Assembly (NCBI GenBank): GCA_030637655.1
Contig: DAOWGI010000069.1
Coordinates: 1-18,303, forward strand
Source of the DNA: a candidate division FCPU426 bacterium
GTDB lineage: Bacteria > Oederibacteriota > JAAXVQ01 > JAUVAV01
Direction: 5' to 3'
DNA: 18,303 nt
The number at the start of each line of letters is the position of its first letter. Within the stretch, counting starts at the first letter, position 1. Below the pieces are notes generated by a model that worked only from the letters and a program-made list of their open reading frames with translations, had not been told where the DNA came from and searched no databases. A program made the translations under genes and the position numbers. Below are positions 1-8,601 of the stretch, piece after piece.

Positions 1-1
1 G

Positions 2-1777
2 ATGTCCTCTAAACCGGATAAGCCAATAGTTTCGGAAACACCCGCAGAAAGCATAGCGAGTGAAGAGACTAAACCAGCCGCAACCACTGGCGAGGCTTGG
101 AATTATGAAGTGCTTTCAACACCGGAAGTTCCGTCACTCACTGGCGAGAGCACAGCCGCAGATGCTTCTGCCTCAGAAACCACAGAAGAAAAACCGAAAA
201 AGCGCCGTGAAAGAAAGAAAAAAGTTAAGAAGGTGGTTGAGAAGAAAGCAAAAAAACGGGGTCGGCCCAGAAAAAAAGTGGTTGCTGACAAAGATAAAAC
301 CAAACGAAAAAGAAATATTAAGGCTAAAAATTTAAAAATTAATTTATCAGCAATTAATATTCCTGATGATTATATGGCTGAAAATCTGTTTGCGCCTGCC
401 TACACAGAAGAACCGGAAGTGGAAACACCCACACCAATCGATATTCCTCCGACTGTTGAACCTGCGGGAGCTGCTGCGGAAACAACTGAGATGCCATTGC
501 CGGCAGAATCAGAACCGTTTAATGATGATGAAACTGCTTTTGAAGATGATGGTCGGCAGGAAATCGGAGAAATGGAACCGGAAACACCTGTACCGTCATT
601 TGGGGTAGAGATGCCTACAACTGCGGAATTGCAGGTACTCGGAGTTGAGTCGCCCTCGGAAGTGGAAACCAAATCTTTTGAATTGCCCGATATAGCTAGC
701 ACTCCGGAACCGTCCGCAACAGAAACTACAAGCACGGATAAACCGAGTATTGATGTTTCTGGATTTTCCGGTTTGGATGATATTCTGGAACTTCCTGATG
801 AGTTAATAGAACATGATGTGGTTGATCGCCGGACCGGCGCAGAACCGGTAGCGATCATGGAAGAGCCTAATGCTATTCCTTTAGCACTGGATGATACCTC
901 TTCGCAAGAAGCACAGTATAAAGAAACCGCTGAAACTCTAACTCCGGACGAAGAAACTGCGGCAGCAGAATCTAAATCCAGTGAGGAAATAACAGAAAGT
1001 GAAGAAAGTGTGTCCAGGGAAGATGTGACCCCGGGAGAATCCGATTCCCGAGAGGAAATATCTTATGCAAAACGTACGGAAGAGGAACCCGCGCCTGAAT
1101 CCTCTCCCTCCTTATGGACTGAATTGCAAAATGAACCAGTAGAAGGAGAAATGCCTATGAGTCAAGATATGCCATCAGAAATGTATTCTAAGCCGGATTC
1201 CGGCACCGAGTTTGAGGAAACCCCAGTGAGCAATGCTGAAATTGCCAGTGAACTTCCGCCGCGTAAAGGTGGCAGTCCATTGTTGGCGATCTTGGCCTTA
1301 GTCCTGGGTCTGGCGCTTGGCGGGGGCGCTGGTTATTACTGGTTCGGCGTTTTGCAGGCAAACCAAATGAAGGACAAAATACAAACTCTGGAAAAGCAGG
1401 TTGAAGAAAGTAAACATGCCCAGGAAGATTTAGCCAAGGTTCAGGCAGAAGTCAAAGCGTTTAGCGAAGTAATCAATGGGCAGATGGCAGCTTCCAAATT
1501 ACCGGTCCCCAAACCTCAGTATTATAAAGTGGGGAAAGGCGCTTTGGTATACTGGGTGGATAATTCTCCGGTAACGCGTAAATACTATCTCTATCGTGCC
1601 AAAGGAAGGAAAGGCGAACTGAAAAAAATAAGTGACAAGCCGCAAGCCAAGAACATGCTGTTGTTTAGAAAAGTCAGTCGCGGTACTTGGCAGTATGCTG
1701 TTTCGGCTGTGGATTTGGACGGTAATGAAACGGAAAAGAGCGAAGTCTTAATCCTGAAATTTCCGTTGCAGAAATAA
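2..1777 (+). CDS. Hypothetical single-pass membrane protein: long acidic low-complexity N-terminus with a basic patch, TM helix, coiled coil, C-terminal fibronectin type III-like domain (may be 5'-partial)
   Basis: 591-aa ORF. Glu/Pro/Ser/Thr-rich first ~420 aa; hydrophobic LLAILALVLGLALGGGAGYYWF; heptad-like stretch QMKDKIQTLEKQVEESK; FN3-like pattern W...YYLYR...YAVSAVDLDGNETEKS. ATG is at the window edge, so the true start cannot be checked. Confidence 0.7.
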   Translation: MSSKPDKPIVSETPAESIASEETKPAATTGEAWNYEVLSTPEVPSLTGESTAADASASETTEEKPKKRRERKKKVKKVVEKKAKKRGRPRKKVVADKDKTKRKRNIKAKNLKINLSAINIPDDYMAENLFAPAYTEEPEVETPTPIDIPPTVEPAGAAAETTEMPLPAESEPFNDDETAFEDDGRQEIGEMEPETPVPSFGVEMPTTAELQVLGVESPSEVETKSFELPDIASTPEPSATETTSTDKPSIDVSGFSGLDDILELPDELIEHDVVDRRTGAEPVAIMEEPNAIPLALDDTSSQEAQYKETAETLTPDEETAAAESKSSEEITESEESVSREDVTPGESDSREEISYAKRTEEEPAPESSPSLWTELQNEPVEGEMPMSQDMPSEMYSKPDSGTEFEETPVSNAEIASELPPRKGGSPLLAILALVLGLALGGGAGYYWFGVLQANQMKDKIQTLEKQVEESKHAQEDLAKVQAEVKAFSEVINGQMAASKLPVPKPQYYKVGKGALVYWVDNSPVTRKYYLYRAKGRKGELKKISDKPQAKNMLLFRKVSRGTWQYAVSAVDLDGNETEKSEVLILKFPLQK

Positions 1778-1784
1778 TTAACAT

Positions 1785-1812
1785 GTAGGGAACGGTCGCG
1801 ACCGTTCCCTAC
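1785..1812. repeat. GTAG-family REP-like perfect 28-bp palindrome
   Basis: GTAGGGAACGGTCG|CGACCGTTCCCTAC is its own reverse complement; lies between convergent genes. Confidence 0.9.
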
Positions 1813-1889
1813 TAATGGGATTCCCTTCGGTTGCGACCGTTCCCTACGAATAGGATTCTCTTCGGTTGCGACCGTTCCTTACCAAATGG
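1793..1889. repeat. 35-bp tandem repeat (~2.8 copies) containing the right arm of the REP palindrome
   Basis: CGGT(C/T)GCGACCGTTCC(C/T)TAC starts at 1793, 1828 and 1863; intervening sequences TAATGGGATTCCCTT and GAATAGGATTCTCTT are similar to each other. Confidence 0.85.
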
Positions 1890-1893
1890 TCAT

Positions 1894-3093
1894 TTAGAAA
1901 TCCACCTGGACCTGTCCCAATAGAATATCTGAGCCTGGAAATGCGTGCGGGATTAATTCCAGATAAATAGCCAAATAATTAATCTGTACTTTCCACGTTT
2001 TTGTTAATTGCCAGGTTATGCCAAGTGTAGCTGCTTGGTAGGGTTGATCAGGCAGGTGCGCGCCATCAGCATAACCTTGTTTGGCCTCTTCCCAGCGGCC
2101 TACTAGATACAGGTCGACCAGGAGGTGTTTTTTTAATTCGAGAATGCCAGTGACATAATAGCCGGTGGAACGATAGCCGCTAAACTCGCGGCTGGCATAT
2201 TCGGCTGTGATTGTTAATTCGTTGATTCGCAACAAGCCATCAGCGCCCAAGGTAATTACCATTTCGTATTCATTCCATTCGTCCATTGAGAGCATAGAGT
2301 CCGGATCTGTAAAAAGATTGCCTTGGCTGCCAATGGGCAGGTAGTCCCAGCGTGAGGTGGAAAAGTGATTTTGACCATAAGTGCCGGAAACTCCGATGGC
2401 CATGGTGTGCTGCAACTCCTCCTCCTGAAGAGTACTGGAGGCGGTCAGACGCATAAATCCTTGTGCCGGCAGATCTGATTTGGTATTTTTGCCATTGCCG
2501 GACATAATAGCTGCGCTGATCCCCGGAGTAATGCTTGCAAATATTTGTGGCCAACACACATCCATACGCAGACCAACAGATCGTTCTGCCATTATGCCCA
2601 TACCCAGCCGACCAATCCAGCCGAAATTACCATATTCATACATCAGGGCGCGTTCCAAAGTATCCAATTTACCGGAAGAGGTCTGTGGTTCCAGACCAAA
2701 AGGAACCCGACATATGCCGGCCTGCCAGGTAATGTTATTTTGTGGAGAATAGCGAATATAAGTGTCTTCAAGATAGGCATTCTTGGCTTTCACACCCCCA
2801 CTGGCAATTAGGGTCCAGGCTGAGTTGAATAAGGGTGTGGTTAATTTGAATTTCATCCGCTTAATGGTCGCTGCGGTTTCTTTCTCGCCGCCGGCCTGGT
2901 TGGGTTCCAAGCTTGTGCTCAACAAACCGGAAACATGCTCAGGGGTATACATGTGACATATGATACGACCCTGTAGGTATCCGGAAAAATCAAAATCAAC
3001 CAGAGCGCGATCGTCGGCTGGTGCCAAAACAGCCAGGCTGAGTGTCAGTACGCTACTGAGAAGGAAGCGGATTAAAAATGCCAGGATACGCAC
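1894..3093 (-). CDS. Outer-membrane porin, phosphate-selective porin OprO/OprP-like (399 aa)
   Basis: Start reassigned to GTG at 3093, 6 nt after GGAGG (3104-3100), giving signal peptide VRILAFLIRFLLSSVLTLSLAVLAPA. Motifs FSGYLQGR, LEDTYIRY, AGICRVPFGLEPQTSSGKLDTLER, TLGITWQL..WKVQINY; C-terminal ...QVQVDF barrel signature. Confidence 0.7.
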   Translation of the reverse strand: MRILAFLIRFLLSSVLTLSLAVLAPADDRALVDFDFSGYLQGRIICHMYTPEHVSGLLSTSLEPNQAGGEKETAATIKRMKFKLTTPLFNSAWTLIASGGVKAKNAYLEDTYIRYSPQNNITWQAGICRVPFGLEPQTSSGKLDTLERALMYEYGNFGWIGRLGMGIMAERSVGLRMDVCWPQIFASITPGISAAIMSGNGKNTKSDLPAQGFMRLTASSTLQEEELQHTMAIGVSGTYGQNHFSTSRWDYLPIGSQGNLFTDPDSMLSMDEWNEYEMVITLGADGLLRINELTITAEYASREFSGYRSTGYYVTGILELKKHLLVDLYLVGRWEEAKQGYADGAHLPDQPYQAATLGITWQLTKTWKVQINYLAIYLELIPHAFPGSDILLGQVQVDF

Positions 3094-3863
3094 AGCTGAC
3101 CTCCATTTTGCACAGGCTGGACGGAAAAAAGCACACCGGCTACAGTCTTTTGTTGCTGGTGAAAGGCAAGCACTGTGTGGCCGATAAGTAAACCCAGGCC
3201 GGCACCGGCAATGGTATCTGCCGGCCAGTGACGCTGGTTGTAAATGCGGGAATAGGCAGCCAGGGCAGCCAAGGGGTAGGTAATCCATTCGATGCTATAG
3301 GCATCACCCAAAATGGCAGCAGCACAAAATACTGTCATGGAATGACCGGAGGGAAAACTGTTGTTTGAGAATTGGAGAGTAAACCAGTCCCGTTGGGTAT
3401 TGTCAACATTGGGACGGGTAGCGGAAAAGACGGCTTTTAATAATGGGGAAATTACACCTACCACGATTTGTCCCTCAATAGCCATGGCTGCGATTTTTTG
3501 ATCCTGTTTATTTCCGAATTTGGAAAGCAAAGCATATCCTCCCACCTGAAAGAGTCCATCTCCCAATAACGAGGCTGGTAACATGACTTTGTTTTGCAAG
3601 TCGTTGTGACTGTTTTGTACATCGTGATACCAATTCAGGTCATTATTCAGGCCGACCGCCACACCACCGGCAAATACAGCAGCCAATAAATAACCTTCCC
3701 AAGAACCGTACACCGGTGAGGAAAGCAGAGCGGAAAATTCCTGAACAGAATTGGACCAAATCGTATCTGGTGAATTGGTCTCTTTCGCTTGCAGCCTTGG
3801 CGCTGAAAAGGTCAGAAATAAAATAATCAGTAGCCAACGATTTATTTTGGAAAACGGACGCAT
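3072..3863 (-). CDS. PAP2 family phosphatase (263 aa)
   Basis: All three PAP2 motifs: KAVFSATRP, SFPSGH, SRIYNQRHWPADT; several TM segments; ATG at 3863 with AGGAG 9 nt upstream; overlaps the porin start by 22 bp. Confidence 0.92.
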   Translation of the reverse strand: MRPFSKINRWLLIILFLTFSAPRLQAKETNSPDTIWSNSVQEFSALLSSPVYGSWEGYLLAAVFAGGVAVGLNNDLNWYHDVQNSHNDLQNKVMLPASLLGDGLFQVGGYALLSKFGNKQDQKIAAMAIEGQIVVGVISPLLKAVFSATRPNVDNTQRDWFTLQFSNNSFPSGHSMTVFCAAAILGDAYSIEWITYPLAALAAYSRIYNQRHWPADTIAGAGLGLLIGHTVLAFHQQQKTVAGVLFSVQPVQNGGQLCVSWHF

Positions 3864-3935
3864 TATGAAATTCTCCTGCCGGAATGAAAAATGAATAGGC
3901 AAAAAAGTATAGCTCAGAGATAATAATTATGCTAT

Positions 3936-3964
3936 AGATTACGAAAGTATTATGTGCTTGTCAA
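3936..3964 (-). promoter_or_regulatory. Putative sigma70 promoter for the PAP2-porin unit
   Basis: Minus strand TTGACA (3964-3959), 17-nt spacer, TAATCT (3941-3936) in the AT-rich divergent intergenic region. Confidence 0.5.
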
Positions 3965-4006
3965 ATATGAGTTTGCTTGATTTTTCAGAGTGAAGGATGG
4001 CAGGAG

Positions 4007-4765
4007 ATGAAAATACGTTTTCTGGGTACCGGAACAAGTCATGGTATTCCGGTGATTGGATGCCACTGTGTTGTCTGTAGATCCAAAGACCCCAAAGATA
4101 AACGTTCACGCGCTTCAGTCTACATCCATACCAAGGGATTGGATTTTTTAATTGATGCCGGACCGGAATTGCGCCGGCAATTATTGGCAGCCAAGATTGA
4201 CAATCTGGATGTTCTGCTCCTAACACATGCCCATGCAGATCACATCGCCGGTTTAGATGATGTGCGGATATTTTCCGAACGTCAAGCCCGGGATTTTCCG
4301 ATTTTTGGTCCACGCTCTGCTTTGCGGCAGGTGCGGCAGCGTTTTGATTATGTTTTTTGCAATACACAAAAAGGAGGCGGCAAGCCGCGTTTGGCTTTAC
4401 ATCCGGTGCAACATCCCTTCCACTTGGGTCAAGTACGTGTGGTGCCGATTCCCTTATGGCATGGAAAACTGAGAGTGTACGGTTATCGTATTAAGGATTT
4501 TGCCTATTGTACGGATGTCTCCCGTATTCCGGAAGCTTCGTACAAACTATTACGCGGAGTCAAGGTTCTGGTGCTGGATGCTTTGCGGCCACTACCGCAT
4601 GAGACGCATTTTAATCTGGAACAGGCGCTGACAGAAGCCAAACGTATTGGCGCGAAGCAGACTTATCTTACGCATATGTGTCATTTACTTAAACATGCTG
4701 AAACTGAAAAGCAATTACCTCGTGCTGTACGATTAGCCTACGATGGATTGGAATTGGAACTGTAA
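4007..4765 (+). CDS. MBL-fold metallo-hydrolase, PhnP-like phosphodiesterase (252 aa)
   Basis: FLGTGTSHGIPVIGCHCVVC, LIDAGPELR, THAHADH (HxHxDH), YCTD, THF, THMCH, LAYDGL; ATG 4007 with AAGGA upstream. Confidence 0.93.
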   Translation: MKIRFLGTGTSHGIPVIGCHCVVCRSKDPKDKRSRASVYIHTKGLDFLIDAGPELRRQLLAAKIDNLDVLLLTHAHADHIAGLDDVRIFSERQARDFPIFGPRSALRQVRQRFDYVFCNTQKGGGKPRLALHPVQHPFHLGQVRVVPIPLWHGKLRVYGYRIKDFAYCTDVSRIPEASYKLLRGVKVLVLDALRPLPHETHFNLEQALTEAKRIGAKQTYLTHMCHLLKHAETEKQLPRAVRLAYDGLELEL

Positions 4766-4789
4766 ACAGTTTTGTTGTCCGCTATTTCA

Positions 4790-4818
4790 TTGACGTGGGT
4801 TTGGCAGCGTTTTATAAT
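4790..4818 (+). promoter_or_regulatory. Near-consensus sigma70 promoter
   Basis: TTGACG (4790-4795), 17-nt spacer, TATAAT (4813-4818). Confidence 0.75.
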
Positions 4819-4840
4819 TGAAAAAATTATGATTGTGGTA

Positions 4841-4881
4841 GTAGAGACGCGCCGTAGAGACGTAGCATGCTACGTCTCTAC
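4841..4881. repeat. Half REP plus complete GTAG-family 28-bp palindrome
   Basis: GTAGAGACGCGCC (4841-4853) directly followed by the perfect palindrome GTAGAGACGTAGCA|TGCTACGTCTCTAC (4854-4881). Confidence 0.9.
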
Positions 4882-4912
4882 AGAAAAGAAAAAAAGAAAA
4901 GGAATGGAATAT

Positions 4913-5530
4913 ATGTATCGTTTTTGGTTAATTGTAATAGCCGTGATTATAGTCAGTAGCAGTGCCGGATGCGGCAAACGTGTACTTGTACAACCGAGCG
5001 CAAATATGTCCGATTATTCCCGAATAGCGATTTTGCCTTTTGAGACCGATAGTTTTTTATCCACCTTAGGCCATCAGATGGCAGACGAGTTGTTAGTTGT
5101 TCTTTTAGAAAAAGCCCCGCAGATCGACATGGTGGAACGTTCCAGGATAGATGCTTTGCTGCAGGAACAAAAATTAAGCAAGCAAGGATATATCAGTATG
5201 GAATCCGCCATTCAGGTGGGCCGCCTGCTGGGTGTGCGTGCGATTGTAACTGGGAGCATCACAGTATCGATCGGTGAGGTACAACCCACGCCATTGTCTC
5301 CGCAGCGGATTGCCACCGGCGTGGCTACCATTCGTTTTATTGATACGGAAACCGGAAAAATTATTTGGGCCAAAAGAGAACAAAACCAATATGCGGTGTA
5401 CACCACCACGGTGGATGGCAGATCTCCATATAGTGATAAAACCGACCATGAGATGATGCAAGCTGTGGTACAGAAACTCGGTCAGTTGTTAGCCAAACCA
5501 TTCTATTCGCATTACGAGACGCAGTACTAG
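4913..5530 (+). CDS. CsgG/HfaB-like lipoprotein (205 aa; alternative start 4904)
   Basis: Lipoprotein signal MYRFWLIVIAVIIVSSSAG-C; RIAILPF, MVERSRIDALLQEQKL, AIQVGRLLGVRAIVTGSI, RFIDTETGKIIW are typical of the CsgG-like/TolB-N fold. Confidence 0.8.
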   Translation: MYRFWLIVIAVIIVSSSAGCGKRVLVQPSANMSDYSRIAILPFETDSFLSTLGHQMADELLVVLLEKAPQIDMVERSRIDALLQEQKLSKQGYISMESAIQVGRLLGVRAIVTGSITVSIGEVQPTPLSPQRIATGVATIRFIDTETGKIIWAKREQNQYAVYTTTVDGRSPYSDKTDHEMMQAVVQKLGQLLAKPFYSHYETQY

Positions 5531-5633
5531 GTTCAGCGTTTGGTAACTGCCTTCATCCCAATCGGATTTGACCGATTCTAGCGAGTAGTAGTGGAAAGTT
5601 CCTGGAGTGTTGAATGTTCTGGAGGAATGAATC

Positions 5634-6191
5634 ATGTCGCTCACCGCTGGAGAAAAAGAGGCACTTTTACAATTGGCTCGAAGTTCCTTAAGAGCAGGTG
5701 TTCAGCAGCAACCACTGCCCACGCCGGAGACAGCGGGAAAAGCCGCCGGCCGGTTCTGGCAGGAATCGGGTGGCGCGTTTGTAACCCTGACCAAAGGTAA
5801 AATGCTGCGCGGCTGTATTGGTTTGATTGAGAGCACGGGGCCCTTGGCGGATACTATTATTCATATGGCTGTGGCAGCCGGAATCGAGGATTCCCGTTTT
5901 CCAACTGTGCGAGTAGAGGAAGTAGAGGATATTGCTATTGAGATATCAATTCTAACTCCTTTGCAACCAGTAGCAAATATACAGGAAATTCGTTTAGGCC
6001 AAGATGGAGTGCTGATTCGTCGGGGACCGCAAAGCGGGGTTTTTTTGCCGCAAGTTGCGCGGGAAACCGGCTGGGATTTGGAGCATTTTTTAAATGAGTT
6101 GTGTACGCATAAAGCCGGGTTGCCGACTAGAGCATGGGAGGATTCCAGCACTGAGTTATATCGGTTTTCGGCAGAAGTATTTCATGAATAG
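5634..6191 (+). CDS. amrA: AmmeMemoRadiSam system protein A (AMMECR1 domain)
   Basis: GAFVTL...LRGCIG, DSRF, IEISILTP, GVFLPQVA, LCTHKAGL; GGAGG upstream. Confidence 0.92.
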   Translation: MSLTAGEKEALLQLARSSLRAGVQQQPLPTPETAGKAAGRFWQESGGAFVTLTKGKMLRGCIGLIESTGPLADTIIHMAVAAGIEDSRFPTVRVEEVEDIAIEISILTPLQPVANIQEIRLGQDGVLIRRGPQSGVFLPQVARETGWDLEHFLNELCTHKAGLPTRAWEDSSTELYRFSAEVFHE

Positions 6192-6300
6192 AATATTTAC
6201 AGGAAGATTAAAAGGGTTTAATAAATAAATTTCAACGCCGAAACTTATATATATTATGGAAGGGATTGGTCATTTGAGCAGGAAGTAACCTTTTTTATTC

Positions 6301-6329
6301 TTGTTCTGATACCCCGCTTTGGGTATAAT
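6301..6329 (+). promoter_or_regulatory. Putative sigma70 promoter for the nuclease-atp operon
   Basis: TTGTTC (6301-6306), 17-nt spacer, TATAAT (6324-6329); GAGGAGG RBS follows. Confidence 0.6.
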
Positions 6330-6356
6330 CCTTTCCCGATAGAGGAGGAACTTATA

Positions 6357-6830
6357 ATGGTTGAGATGAAAGTAAAAGGTTTGGCCGTGGATGCCAATTC
6401 GAAAATTCCGGTGGTCATATTGACTGACCCTGATGAAAAACGGTATCTGCCCATCTGGATTGGTATTTATGAGGCAGATGCCATTCTTATTGCCTTGGAA
6501 AAGATTAATGTTCCGCGACCGATGACCCATGATTTAATGAAATCCATACTGGAAACCCTGGGGGTTAAGATAGATCGGATATTGATTTACAACATCCAGA
6601 ACAATACTTTTTATGCCCGGATAACACTGACGCGCGGTGATGAGGAATGGGAAATTGATGCCCGTCCTTCGGATGCTATTGCTTTGGGGTTGCGCGCGGA
6701 GTGCGCTATCTTTGTTTCCGAAAAAGTCATTGTTGAGGCGAGCATTACGGACAAATCCAAATATGAAAAAGAAAAAATAGAGTTTAAAAAGTTTTTTCAG
6801 GACATAAAGCCCACCGATTTTAACCGGTAA
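6357..6830 (+). CDS. Bifunctional nuclease family protein (DUF151)
   Basis: PVVIL, RYLPIWIGIYEADAI, PRPMTHDLM, TFYARI, IDARPSDAIAL. Confidence 0.93.
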   Translation: MVEMKVKGLAVDANSKIPVVILTDPDEKRYLPIWIGIYEADAILIALEKINVPRPMTHDLMKSILETLGVKIDRILIYNIQNNTFYARITLTRGDEEWEIDARPSDAIALGLRAECAIFVSEKVIVEASITDKSKYEKEKIEFKKFFQDIKPTDFNR

Positions 6831-6835
6831 TTTCC

Positions 6836-7051
6836 ATGTCTGGTTCCGACTCGAAATTCTACAGGAAACTTGGTCAAGCAAGTTCTGTAGGAGTGATGTT
6901 TGCCGCCTGTATTGTCGTCGGTGTTGGACTTGGGCTGGTTATAGACAACTGGTTAAACACAAATCCGTGGTTTACTCTGGGGTTTGCTCTTTTGGGAAGT
7001 GTTGCCGGTTTTTACAATTTAATTAAAATGATTTCTGTATTGGGAGACTAA
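6836..7051 (+). CDS. AtpZ/AtpI-family small membrane protein (ATPase gene 1)
   Basis: 71 aa, two TM helices, GLGLVIDNWLNTNPWFTLGFALLGSVAGFYN pattern; first atp gene position. Confidence 0.85.
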   Translation: MSGSDSKFYRKLGQASSVGVMFAACIVVGVGLGLVIDNWLNTNPWFTLGFALLGSVAGFYNLIKMISVLGD

Positions 7052-7061
7052 AAATAAAATA

Positions 7062-7406
7062 ATGAAATTAGGCTTTGATCAAGGGCTGATAGGTGTTGGG
7101 ATTGCGGTTCCGGTAATTTTACTGGCAATTGGTTTGCCGGCCTGGGCCGCCGGTATTTTCTTTGGCGAACTGGCAGGTCTTATTAGTTTTGTGTGGGTTG
7201 GATTATCGGTGCGTCGTGCTTTTTCCAGTGACGCTCCCAGTGTCCGGCGGTCCTTTTTTTTTCAGAGTCTAATTCGTTATGTAGTACTTGGGATGTTGTT
7301 TGTACTTGCGATACAATGGCCGGCAGTTGAGATTATCGGCGTGTTTATCGGTTACACCCTGATTCAACTGCCGGCTTCCATACTACGCGCGTTGAGTGAT
7401 AAGTGA
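7062..7406 (+). CDS. atpI: ATP synthase protein I
   Basis: 114 aa, four hydrophobic segments, LIRY motif, directly upstream of atpB. Confidence 0.7.
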   Translation: MKLGFDQGLIGVGIAVPVILLAIGLPAWAAGIFFGELAGLISFVWVGLSVRRAFSSDAPSVRRSFFFQSLIRYVVLGMLFVLAIQWPAVEIIGVFIGYTLIQLPASILRALSDK

Positions 7407-7412
7407 GGATGT

Positions 7413-8135
7413 ATGAGTGCAGTCGCTGAATCAGTAGAGTTTCACCTGCCTTTTGATGCCAGTGTGATTATGAGCATTTTGGCAGTCGGTATGATTGTTC
7501 TGATTTCCTGGCTGGGAACACGCAAACTGCGTCCGGTGCCAACAGGGGCCCAGAATGTGTTGGAAAGTATTCTGGGATATATCTGTCAACTGGCAGATGA
7601 CATGGTTGGTCCGGCAGCTAATAAATTTTATCCCCTCTTTACCATGCTTTTTTTCTTTATTTTGGTCTCGAATCTCATGGGCTTGATTCCGGGTTTTTTT
7701 TCCGGAACCAGCCGTTTGTCCACCACCGTTGGCTTGGCCTTGATCGTTTTTTTTTCAACACATTTTTTTGGTATAAAGACCAAAGGATTTTGGGGTTATG
7801 TCAAACACTGGTTCGGACCGGTTCCCTGGTGGCTAAAACCGCTGATGTTTGTGATCGAGTTTATCAGTGAATTGGCCAGGCCATTGTCCCTGGCATTTCG
7901 TCTTTTTGGCAATATTTTGGCTAAAGAAATTATTCTCGGTGTGCTGGCTTTGTTAATTGTATTGTTTTTGCCGTCCAGTGAAATTATGCTGAAGCTGATG
8001 TCCGTGGTGCCGATTGTCTTGCGTCCCTGTATTGTATTGCTGGGGATTTTGGTCAGTGTATTGCAGGCCTTTGTGTTTATGATATTGTCCATGCTGTATA
8101 TCGGTGGAGCAATTCAAGTACAGGAAGAACACTAG
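7413..8135 (+). CDS. atpB: F0 subunit a
   Basis: PTGAQNVLE, SNLMGLIPG, ARPLSLAFRLFGNI with the essential Arg, LQAFVF. Confidence 0.97.
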   Translation: MSAVAESVEFHLPFDASVIMSILAVGMIVLISWLGTRKLRPVPTGAQNVLESILGYICQLADDMVGPAANKFYPLFTMLFFFILVSNLMGLIPGFFSGTSRLSTTVGLALIVFFSTHFFGIKTKGFWGYVKHWFGPVPWWLKPLMFVIEFISELARPLSLAFRLFGNILAKEIILGVLALLIVLFLPSSEIMLKLMSVVPIVLRPCIVLLGILVSVLQAFVFMILSMLYIGGAIQVQEEH

Positions 8136-8183
8136 TTGGTGTTTGAAACGAAAAGAAAATATCGTGCTCAAGGAGGAAGAAAA

Positions 8184-8573
8184 GTGAAAAAGTGGATAGG
8201 GAAAATAGGTTGTAGTGTGGCAGGGATGTTGACACTGGCCCAGGCGGCACTGGCCGGCGAGGAAGTGGCGGGTGTGATAACTACCGCTGCCGGCGCTCCC
8301 AATGAAAATGTGGTGTGGTTTTATGTGGCGGCCGTATTGGCAGCATCCCTGGGATTGGGTATTGCTGCTTTTGGTTGTGGTATTGGACAAGGAAATGCAA
8401 TTGGCAAAGCAGTTGAAGGGATCTCGCGGCAGCCGGAAGCCACGAATAAGATCCAGACCGCGATGATTATTGGTTTGGCTCTGATTGAATCCTTGGTTAT
8501 TTATACACTCTTGATCTCGCTGGTGATCATCTTTGCTTTTGTGCAGCCGTACATTGAAAGCTTTTTGCTGTAA
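8184..8573 (+). CDS. atpE: F0 subunit c with N-terminal signal-peptide-like extension (129 aa)
   Basis: GTG at 8184 after AGGAGG (8171-8176); GCGIGQG, RQPE loop, [11 protein letters not shown]. Confidence 0.95.
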   Translation: MKKWIGKIGCSVAGMLTLAQAALAGEEVAGVITTAAGAPNENVVWFYVAAVLAASLGLGIAAFGCGIGQGNAIGKAVEGISRQPEATNKIQTAMIIGLALIESLVIYTLLISLVIIFAFVQPYIESFLL

Positions 8574-8601
8574 AAGACAAAAATATATTGAAGGAAAAAT
8601 T

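Noticed and set aside
1793-1889. Mini CRISPR array
   Set aside because: The ~15-bp intervening sequences resemble each other and are too short, the repeat is a REP arm, and no cas genes are present.
3094-3288. N-terminal 65 aa of the 464-aa porin ORF
   Set aside because: Lies within the PAP2 gene in another frame; GTG 3093 has a GGAGG RBS and gives a proper signal peptide.
4772-4903. N-terminal extension of the lipoprotein that would make the 4854 REP coding
   Set aside because: The extension spans the predicted promoter and the lipoprotein signal begins at 4904/4913, so this REP is counted as non-coding.
5560-5577. AATCGG/CCGATT short hairpin between the lipoprotein gene and amrA
   Set aside because: Only a 6-bp stem with no U-tract; expected by chance.
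5634-6191. amrA without amrB/amrS nearby
   Set aside because: These genes are often unlinked; absence from this window is uninformative.
6836-7406. Two small membrane genes before atpB as a novelty or N-type ATPase
   Set aside because: Paired atpZ/atpI genes are common, and gene order plus a separate delta subunit indicate an ordinary F-type operon.
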